From NCBI GenBank assembly GCA_009914755.4, contig CP086569.2, positions 27,456,001 through 27,520,000 on the forward strand: a stretch of DNA of 64,000 bases, written 5' to 3'. The position numbers were made by a program, and so were the translations under genes. Below are positions 54,981 through 64,000 of this stretch, in pieces; within the stretch, counting starts at the first letter, position 1; each line of letters begins with the position of its first letter. The stretch comes from the human T2T-CHM13v2.0 reference genome, Homo sapiens. Below the pieces are notes generated by a model. It saw only the letters and a list, made by a program, of their open reading frames with translations. It was not told where the DNA came from and did not search any database.

Positions 54981-57872
54981 CCTCATTGGTTAAACTGACA
55001 TCGAAAAATATCAAATGTAATGTGGTGAAGTGGAGTGGAGTGTAATGAAATGGGGTGGAATGAAATTGAATGGAGTGGAGTGGATTGGAGTCTACTGGAG
55101 TGGAATGGAACGGAATGCAAAGGAATGGAAAGAATGCAGTGAAGTGCAGTGCAGTGAAATGGAGTGGAAAGGAATGGAATGGAATGGAATGGAATGGAAT
55201 GGAACGGAATCAAATGGTATCGAAGTGAATCGAATCTAATGAAATTGATCGGAAAAAATGGAATGGAGTAGAATCGAATAAGATGGATTCAAAGGCAACA
55301 AATAGAATTGAATGGAATGCGGTGAGGTGGAGGGCATTGGAATGGAGTTGAATGGAATGGGGTATAATTGAATTGAATGGAGTGGAGTGGATTGTAGTGG
55401 ACTGGAGTGGAATGGAACGGAATGGGCAGGAATGGAATTGAAAGGGGTGAATTGGAATTGAGTGCTGTGGATTGGAGTAGACTGCATTCTAGTGGATTGG
55501 AGTGGAAAGAAGTGGAGTGGAATGGAATGGAATGCAATGGAGTGGAGTGGAATGGAATGGATTGGAGTAGAATGGAATTTAATGGAGTGGAGTGGAATTG
55601 AGTGGAATGGAGAGTAATGGAGTGGAGTGGACTGGAGCGAAGTGGAGTGTAGTGCATTGGACTGTAGGGGATTGAAGTGGCTTGGAGTGCAATGGAGTGG
55701 AGTGGAATGGAATGTAATGGAATGGAATGGAATGGAATGGAATGTAGTGGAATGGAATCGAATCACATGGAACTGAATCAAATCGAATTGAATGAAATTG
55801 AATGGAAAAAATGGAATCAAATGGAATCAAATCGAATGGATTCGAATGACATTGAATGGAATCGAAAGGAATGCAGTGAGGTGGAGTTGAGTGGAGTGGA
55901 GTGGAATGGAATGGGATGAATGGAATTGACTGGAGAGGAGTGGAATGGAATGGAATGGAAAGGAATGGAATTGAACGAAATGGAGTGTAGTAGAATGTAG
56001 TGGATTGGAGTGGAGTGCAGGGGAGTGCAGTGGAATGAAGAGGAGTGTAGTTGAATGGAATGGAATGGTATGGAACGTACTGGAATGGAATGGATAAGAA
56101 TGGAATGGAATGGAATCGCATGGAATTGAATAGAATGAAATCGAATTGAATAGAATCAAATGGAAAAAATGGAGGCAAATGGAATCGAATGTCATAGAAT
56201 CGAACGGTTTTGAATGTCAGTGAATGGAAACGAATGGAATGCGATGAAGTGGAGCGGAGTGGAGTGGAAAGGAGTGCAATGGAATAGGGTGGAACAGAAT
56301 TTAATGGAACAGAGTGGATTGGAGTGGACTGGAGTGGAATGGAAAGGGAAGGAATGGGATTGAAAGGAGTGGCGTGCAGTGGAGTGGAGTGGCATGGAGT
56401 GGAGTGGAGTGGAATGGAGTGGAATGGAATGGAGTGGAATGGAGTGGATTGGAATGGAATGGAGTGCAGAGGAATGGAATGGAATAGTATAGAGTGGACA
56501 GGAATGGAGTGGAGTGGATTGGAATGGAATGGAATGTAAGGGAATGGAACTGAATGGACTGGAATGGAATGGAATAGAATGGAATCGCAGGGAATCAAAT
56601 TGGATTGAATCGAATCGAATGGAGAAAATGAAATCAAATGAAATTGAATGGAATCGAATTGAATGTAAACAATGGAATCCAATGGAGTCAAATGGAATCG
56701 AATCAAATGGTTTTGAATGGCATCAAATGAAATGGCATGGAAGGCAGTGAATTGGAGTGGAGTGGAATAGAGAGGAATGAATTGGAATGGAGTGTAGTGG
56801 AATGGAGTGGATTCCAATGGATTGGAGTGGATTGGATTGGAATGGAATGGAATAGATTGGATTGGAGTGGTGCAGAGTGGAGTGGACTGGAGTGCAGAGG
56901 AATGGAGTGGAGTGAAGTCCAGTTGAGTGGAATGGAATGGAGTGGAGCAGAGTGGAATTCAAAAGAATGAAGTGGATTGGTATGGAATGGAATGGCGTGG
57001 AATGGCGTGGAATAGAATGGAATGGAATCGCATGGAATGATATGAAATCAAATCGAATTGAACGGAAAATTATGAATCCAATGGAATCGAAAGGATTCTA
57101 AAGGAATGGATTCGAAAGGCATTGAATGGAATGGAAAGGAATGCAGTGAAGTGGAGTGGAGTGGAGTGGAATGTTTTAGAGTGAACTGGGGTGGATTGGA
57201 ACTCTATGGCGGGGAGTGGAGTGAAGTGGATTAGAGTGGAATGGAGTGCAATGGACTGGAGTGGAGTGGAATGGATTGGAGTGGAGTGGAGTGGATCGGA
57301 GTGGAGTGCTGTGGAGTGGACTAGAGTGGGGTGGAGTGGAGTACATTGGAGTGGAATGGAACGGAGTGGGGTGGAATTGAATGGAATGGAATCAAATCGC
57401 ATGGTAATGAATCAAATGGAATCAAATCGAATGGAAATAATGGAATTGAAGGGAAACGAATGGAATCGAATTGCACTGATTCTACTGACTTCGAGGAAAA
57501 TGAAATGAAATGCGGTGAAGTGGAATGGAGGGAATGTATTAGGGTGGAATGGAATTGAATGGTGTGGAGTGGAGTGGAGTGCCCAGGAGTGGAATGGGAA
57601 GAAATGGAATTGAACGGAGTGGAGTGGAGTGGAATGGGGGATAATGGAGTGGAGTAGAGTGGAGTGGAGTAGAGTGGAATGGGTTGGAGTGTAATGCAGA
57701 GTACAGGAGTGGAGTGCGGTGGACTGGAGTGGAGTGGAGTTGAGTGGAGTGGATTGGATTGAAATAGAGCGGAGCAGAGTGGAATGGAATTGAATCACAT
57801 GGTATTGAATCAAATCGAATGGAATTAAATCGAATGAAAAAATGGAATCAAAAGCAAACGAATGGAGTCAAA
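54981..57872 (+). repeat. HOR unit U17 (2892 bp, c type)
   Basis: Tail ORF 57191-57508 is c type. Head ORF 55579-56817 matches 58661-59701 and 61356-62594. Confidence 0.85.
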
Positions 57873-60766
57873 CATCATTGGTTAAACTGACATCGAAAAA
57901 TATCAAATGAAATGTGGTGAAGTGGAGTGCAGTGTAATGAAATGGGGTGGAATGAAATTGAATGGAGTGGAGTGGATCGGAGTCTACTGGAGTGGAATGG
58001 AACGGAATGTAAAGGAATGGAATAGACTGCAGTGAAGTGCAGTGCAGTGAAATGGAGTGGAAAGGAATGGAATGGAATGGAATGGAACGGAAACAAATGG
58101 TATCGAAGTGAATCGAATCTAATGAAATTGATCGGAAAAAATGGAATGGAGTAGAATCGAATAAGATGGATTCAAAGGCAACAAATAGAATTGAATGGAA
58201 TGCGGTGAGGTGGAGGGCATTGGAATGGAGTTGAATGGAATGGGGTATAATTGAATTGAATGGATTGGAGTGGATTGTAGTGGACTGGAGTGGAATGGAA
58301 CGGAATGGGCAGGAATGGAATTGAAAGGGGTGAATTGGAATTGAGTGCTGTGGATTGGAGTAGACTGCATTCTAGTGGATTGGAGTGGAAAGAAGTGGAG
58401 TGGAATGGAATGGAATGCAATGGAGTGGAGTGGAATGGAATGGAGTGGAGTAGAATGGAATTTAATGGAGTGGAGTGGAATTGAGTGGAATGGAGAGTAA
58501 TGGAGTGGAGTGGACTGGAGCAAAGTGGAGTGTAGTGCATTGGACTGTAGGGGATTGAAGTGGCTTGGAGTGCAATGGAGTGGAGTGGAATGGAATGTAA
58601 TGTAATGGAATGGAATGAAATGGAATGTAGTGGAATGGAATCGAATCACATGGAACTGAATCAAATCGAATTGAATGAAATTGAATGGAAAAAAATGGAA
58701 TGAAATGGAATCAAATCGAATGGATTCGAATGACATTGAATGGAATCGAAAGGAATGCAGTGAGGTGGAGTTGAGTGGAGTGGAGTGGAATGGAATGGGA
58801 TGAATGGAATTGACTGGAGAGGAGTGGAATGGAATGGAACGGAAAGGAATGGAATTGAACGAAATGGAGTGTAGTAGAATGTAGTGGATTGGAGTGGAGT
58901 GCAGGGGAGTGCAGTGGAATGAAGAGGAGTGTAGTTGAATGGAATGGAACGGTATGGAACGTACTGGAATGGAATGGATAAGAATGGAATGGAATGGAAT
59001 CGCATGGAATTGAATAGAATGAAATCGAATTGAATAGAATCAAATGGAAAAAATGGAGGCAAATGGAATCGAATGTCATAGAATCGAACGGTTTTGAATG
59101 TCAGTGAATGGAAACGAATGGAATGCGATGAAGTGGAGCGGAGTGGAGTGGAAAGGAGTGCAATGGAATAGGGTGGAACAGAATTTAATGGAACAGAGTG
59201 GATTGGAGTGGACTGGAGTGGAATGGAAAGGGAAGGAATGGGATTGAAAGGAGTGGCGTGCAGTGGAGTGGAGTGGCATGGAGTGGAGTGGAGTGGAATG
59301 GAGTGGAATGGAATGGAGTGGAATGGAGTGGATTGGAATGGAATGGAGTGCAGAGGAATGGAATGGAATAGTATAGAGTGGACAGGAATGGAGTGGAGTG
59401 GATTGGAATGGAATGGATTGTAAGGGAATGGAACTGAATGGACTGGAATGGAATGGAATAGAATGGAATCGCAGGGAATCAAATTGGATTGAATCGAATC
59501 GAATGGAGAAAATGAAATCAAATGAAATTGAATGGAATCGAATTGAATGTAAACAATGGAATCCAATGGAGTCAAATGGAATCGAATCAAATGGTTTTGA
59601 ATGGCATCAAATGAAATGGCATGGAAGGCAGTGAATTGGAGTGGAGTGGAATAGAGAGGAATGAATTGGAATGGAGTGTAGTGGAATGGAGTGGATTCCA
59701 ATGGATTGGAGTGGATTGGATTGGAATGGAATGGAATAGATTGGATTGGAGTGGTGCAGAGTGGAGTGGACTGGAGTGCAGAGGAATGGAGTGGAGTGAA
59801 GTCCAGTTGAGTGGAATGGAATGGAGTGGAGCAGAGTGGAATTCAAAAGAATGAAGTGGATTGGTATGGAATGGAATGGCGTGGAATGGCGTGGAATAGA
59901 ATGGAATGGAATGGAATGGAATCGCATGGAATGATATGAAATCAAATCGAATTGAACGGAAAATTATGAATCCAATGGAATCGAAAGGATTCTAAAGGAA
60001 TGGATTCGAAAGGCATTGAATGGAATGGAAAGGAATGCAGTGAAGTGGAGTGGAGTGGAGTGGAATGTTTTAGAGTGAACTGGGGTGGATTGGAACTCTA
60101 TGGCGGGGAGTGGAGTGAAGTGGATTGGAGTGGAATGGAGTGCAATGGACTGGAGTGGAGTGGAATGGATTGGAGTGGAGTGGAGTGGATCGGAGTGGAG
60201 TGCTGTGGAGTGGACTAGAGTGGGGTGGAGTGGAGTACATTGGAGTGGAATGGAACGGAGTGGGGTGGAATTGAATGGAATGGAATCAAATCGCATGGTA
60301 AAGAATCAAATGGAATCAAATCGAATGGAAATAATGGAATCGAAGGGAAACGAATGGAATCGAATTGCACTGATTCTACTGACTTCGAGGAAAATGAAAT
60401 GAAATGCGGTGAAGTGGAATGGAGGGAATGTATTAGGGTGGAATGGAAGTGAATGGTGTGGAGTGGAGTGGAGTGCCCAGGAGTTGAATGGGAAGAAATG
60501 GAATTGAACGGAGTGGAGTGGAGTGGAATGGGGGATAATGGAGTGGAGTAGAGTGGAGTGGAGTAGAGTGGAATGGGTTGGAGTGTAATGCAGAGTACAG
60601 GAGTGGAGTGCGGTGGACTGGAGTGGAGTGGAGTTGAGTGGAGTGGATTGGATTGAAATAGAGCGGAGCAGAGTGGAATGGAATTGAATCACATGGTATT
60701 GAATCAAATCGAATGGAATTAAATCGAATGAAAAAATCGAATCAAAAGCAAACGAATGGAGTCAAA
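57873..60766 (+). repeat. HOR unit U18 (2894 bp, c type)
   Basis: Landmark variant catcattggttaaactga at 57873. ORFs match U17 and U19 at about 2890 bp. Confidence 0.85.
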
Positions 60767-63649
60767 CCTCATTGGTTAAACTGACATCGAAAAATATCAA
60801 ATGAAATGTGGTGAAGTGGAGTGCAGTGTAATGAAATGGGGTGGAATGAAATTGAATGGAGTGGAGTGGATCGGAGTCTACTGGAGTGGAATGGAACGGA
60901 ATGTAAAGGAATGGAATAGACTGCAGTGAAGTGCAGTGCAGTGAAATGGAGTGGAAAGGAATGGAATGGAATGGAATGGAACGGAAACAAATGGTATCGA
61001 AGTGAATCGAATCTAATGAAATTGATCGGAAAAAATGGAATGGAGTAGAATCGAATAAGATGGATTCAAAGGCAACAAATAGAATTGAATGGAATGCGGT
61101 GAGGTGGAGGGCATTGGAATGGAGTTGAATGGAATGGGGTATAATTGAATTGAATGGAGTGGAGTGGATTGTAGTGGACTGGAGTGGAATGGAACGGAAT
61201 GGGCAGGAATGGAATTGAAAGGGGTGAATTGTAATTGAGTGCTGTGGATTGGAGTAGACTGCATTCTAGTGGATTGGAGTGGAAAGAAGTGGAGTGGAAT
61301 GGAATGGAATGCAATGGAGTGGAGTGGAATGGAATGGAGTGGAGTAGAATGGAATTTAATGGAGTGGAGTGGAATTGAGTGGAATGGAGAGTAATGGAGT
61401 GGAGTGGACTGGAGCAAAGTGGAGTGTAGTGCATTGGACTGTAGGGGATTGAAGTGGCTTGGAGTGCAATGGAGTGGAGTGGAATGGAATGTAATGTAAT
61501 GGAATGGAATGGAATGGAATGTAGTGGAATGGAATCGAATCACATGGAACTGAATCAAATCGAATTGAATGAAATTGAATGGAAAAAATGGAATGAAATG
61601 GAATCAAATCGAATGGATTCGAATGACATTGAATGGAATCGAAAGGAATGCAGTGAGGTGGAGTTGAGTGGAGTGGAGTGGAATGGAATGGGATGAATGG
61701 AATTGACTGGAGAGGAGTGGAATGGAATGGAATGGAAAGGAATGGAATTGAACGAAATGGAGTGTAGTAGAATGTAGTGGATTGGAGTGGAGTGCAGGGG
61801 AGTGCAGTGGAATGAAGAGGAGTGTAGTTGAATGGAATGGAACGGTATGGAACGTACTGGAATGGAATGGATAAGAATGGAATGGAATGGAATCGCATGG
61901 AATTGAATAGAATGAAATCGAATTGAATAGAATCAAATGGAAAAAATGGAGGCAAATGGAATCGAATGTCATAGAATCGAACGGTTTTGAATGTCAGTGA
62001 ATGGAAACGAATGGAATGCGATGAAGTGGAGCGGAGTGGAGTGGAAAGGAGTGCAATGGAATAGGGTGGAACAGAATTTAATGGAACAGAGTGGATTGGA
62101 GTGGACTGGAGTGGAATGGAAAGGGAAGGAATGGGATTGAAAGGAGTGGCGTGCAGTGGAGTGGAGTGGCATGGAGTGGAGTGGAGTGGAATGGAGTGGA
62201 ATGGAATGGAGTGGAATGGAGTGGATTGGAATGGAATGGAGTGCAGAGGAATGGAATGGAATAGTATAGAGTGGACAGGAATGGAGTGGAGTGGATTGGA
62301 ATGGAATGGATTGTAAGGGAATGGAACTGAATGGACTGGAATGGAATGGAATAGAATGGAATCGCAGGGAATCAAATTGGATTGAATCGAATCGAATGGA
62401 GAAAATGAAATCAAATGAAATTGAATGGAATCGAATTGAATGTAAACAATGGAATCCAATGGAGTCAAATGGAATCGAATCAAATGGTTTTGAATGGCAT
62501 CAAATGAAATGGCATGGAAGGCAGTGAATTGGAGTGGAGTGGAATAGAGAGGAATGAATTGGAATGGAGTGTAGTGGAATGGAGTGGATTCCAATGGATT
62601 GGAGTGGATTGGATTGGAATGGAATGGAATAGATTGGATTGGAGTGGTGCAGAGTGGAGTGGACTGGAGTGCAGAGGAATGGAGTGGAGTGAAGTCCAGT
62701 TGAGTGGAATGGAATGGAGTGGAGCAGAGTGGAATTCAAAAGAATGAAGTGGATTGGTATGGAATGGAATGGCGTGGAATGGCGTGGAATAGAATGGAAT
62801 GGAATCGCATGGAATGATATGAAATCAAATCGAATTGAACGGAAAATTATGAATCCAATGGAATCGAAAGGATTCTAAAGGAATGGATTCGAAAGGCATT
62901 GAATGGAATGGAAAGGAATGCAGTGAAGTGGAGTGGAGTGGAGTGGAATGTTTTAGAGTGAACTGGGGTGGATTGGAACTCTATGGCGGAGAGTGGAGTG
63001 AAGTGGATTGGAGTGGAATGGAGTGCAATGGACTGGAGTGGAGTGGAATGGATTGGAGTGGAGTGGAGTGGATCGGAGTGGAGTGCTGTGGAGTGGACTA
63101 GAGTGGGGTGGAGTGGAGTACATTGGAGTGGAATGGAACGGAGTGGGGTGGAATTGAATGGAATGGAATCAAATCGCATGGTAATGAATCAAATGGAATC
63201 AAATCGAATGGAAATAATGGAATCGAAGGGAAACGAATGGAATCGAATTGCACTGATTCTACTGACTTCGAGGAAAATGAAATGAAATGCGGTGAAGTGG
63301 AATGGAGGGAATGTATTAGGGTGGAATGGAAGTGAATGGTGTGGAGTGGAGTGGAGTGCCCAGGAGTGGAATGGGAAGAAATGGAATTGAACGGAGTGGA
63401 GTGGAGTGGAATGGGGGATAATGGAGTGGAGTAGAGTGGAGTGGAGTAGAGTGGAATGGGTTGGAGTGTAATGCAGAGTACAGGAGTGGAGTGCGGTGGA
63501 CTGGAGTGGAGTGGAGTTGAGTGGAGTGGATTGGATTGAAATAGAGCGGAGCAGAGTGGAATGGAATTGAATCACATGGTATTGAATCAAATCGAATGGA
63601 ATTAAATCGAATGAAAAAATCGAATCAAAAGCAAACGAATGGAGTCAAA
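60767..63649 (+). repeat. HOR unit U19 (2883 bp, c type)
   Basis: ORFs 61356-62594, 62968-63285 and 63189-63590 match the U18 equivalents. Confidence 0.85.
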
Positions 63650-64000
63650 CCTCATTGGTTAAACTGACATCGAAAAATATCAAATGAAATGTGGTGAAGT
63701 GGAGTGCAGTGTAATGAAATGGGGTGGAATGAAATTGAATGGAGTGGAGTGGATCGGAGTCTACTGGAGTGGAATGGAACGGAATGTAAAGGAATGGAAT
63801 AGACTGCAGTGAAGTGCAGTGCAGTGAAATGGAGTGGAAAGGAATGGAATGGAATGGAATGGAACGGAAACAAATGGTATCGAAGTGAATCGAATCTAAT
63901 GAAATTGATCGGAAAAAATGGAATGGAGTAGAATCGAATAAGATGGATTCAAAGGCAACAAATAGAATTGAATGGAATGCGGTGAGGTGGAGGGCATTGG
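63650..64000 (+). repeat. HOR unit U20 (truncated by the window end)
   Basis: The landmark cctcattggttaaactgacatcgaaaaatatc restarts at 63650. The following 350 bp match the start of U19. Confidence 0.8.

Larger units (their letters stand above)
1..64000 (+). repeat. Pentameric (GGAAT)n-derived satellite DNA, HSat2/HSat3-like, G-rich strand on + across the whole window
   Basis: Direct reading shows near-continuous GGAATGGAATGG, GGAGTGGAGTGG and AATCGAATGGAATCAAATGG strings. There is no unique sequence longer than about 50 bp. The - strand reads ATTCC/ACTCC. ORF peptides are low complexity (MEWNGMEWSG... on +, IPFHSIPFHS... on -). Assignment to the human HSat2/3 family rests on established knowledge of that family's consensus. 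Subfamily is unresolved. Confidence 0.93.
6690..64000 (+). repeat. Higher-order repeat (HOR) satellite array, period about 2.87 kb, about 20 tandem units, single orientation
   Basis: The landmark motif ccacattggttaaactgacatcgaa (variants cctcatt, acacatt, catcatt) starts at 9136, 11955, 14829, 17677, 20531, 23403, 26271, 29143, 32012, 34875, 37753, 40645, 43514, 46372, 49249, 52118, 54981, 57873, 60767 and 63650. Successive differences are 2819-2894 bp. The periodic ORF MDWNSMERSGVKWIGVEW... recurs with the same spacings. Confidence 0.92.

Noticed and set aside
6690-64000. Periodic structure resembling a CRISPR array or tandem gene cluster
   Set aside because: The repeats are contiguous, with no unique spacers. 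The period is 2.87 kb, not 25-50 bp. The composition is that of eukaryotic satellite, and there are no cas-like ORFs.
1-64000. Telomeric (TTAGGG)n, rDNA, tRNA, Alu or L1 content
   Set aside because: Visual scanning found no TTAGGG runs, no Alu-like GGCCGGGCGCGGTGGCTCA, no poly-A-terminated insert, and no tRNA-like structure. The window is uninterrupted satellite.
1-64000. A hidden novel protein or RNA-based biological system, as suggested by the task prompt
   Set aside because: Nothing in the sequence supports one. There is no unique sequence, no promoter or gene architecture, and no structured-RNA candidates beyond generic repeat hairpins. The novelty here is architectural: the HOR and super-HOR organisation and the crossover junctions.

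Overview
The whole 64 kb window is tandem pentameric satellite DNA of the (GGAAT)n / (ATTCC)n type. The G-rich strand is on + throughout, with frequent GGAGT, GGAAA, CAAAT and CGAAT variants. This is the signature of the hominoid (most likely human) HSat2/HSat3 pericentromeric satellite family. The exact subfamily and chromosome cannot be assigned from sequence alone. I find no protein-coding genes, RNA genes, transposon insertions, CRISPR arrays, alpha-satellite/CENP-B boxes or telomeric repeats. Every ORF in the six-frame track is a translation artefact of the pentamer repeat. The + frames give W/N/G/M/E/S/V-rich peptides and the - frames give I/P/F/H/S/T/L-rich peptides. They overlap on both strands and recur with the repeat period. 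The window has two parts. (1) Positions 1 to about 6.3-6.7 kb are diverged satellite with only an irregular 250-550 bp subrepeat rhythm and no long-range periodicity. (2) From about 6.7 kb to the end lies a homogenised higher-order repeat (HOR) array with a period of about 2.87 kb. I measured 19 consecutive periods of 2819-2894 bp from a non-pentameric landmark motif, plus partial units at both ends. Within the array there is a higher tier of structure. Near-identical multi-unit blocks recur at offsets of 11,502 and 20,106 bp. Unit types follow the pattern a b c c | a b b' | a b c c c c. At least two units are chimeras whose breakpoints lie inside the unit, which are footprints of unequal crossover or gene conversion. 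HOR length variation is largely explained by slippage of a pure (GGAAT)n tract (2-9 copies) at a fixed phase. I do not find a gene-encoded biological system here. The interesting content is the architecture and turnover dynamics of the satellite array.
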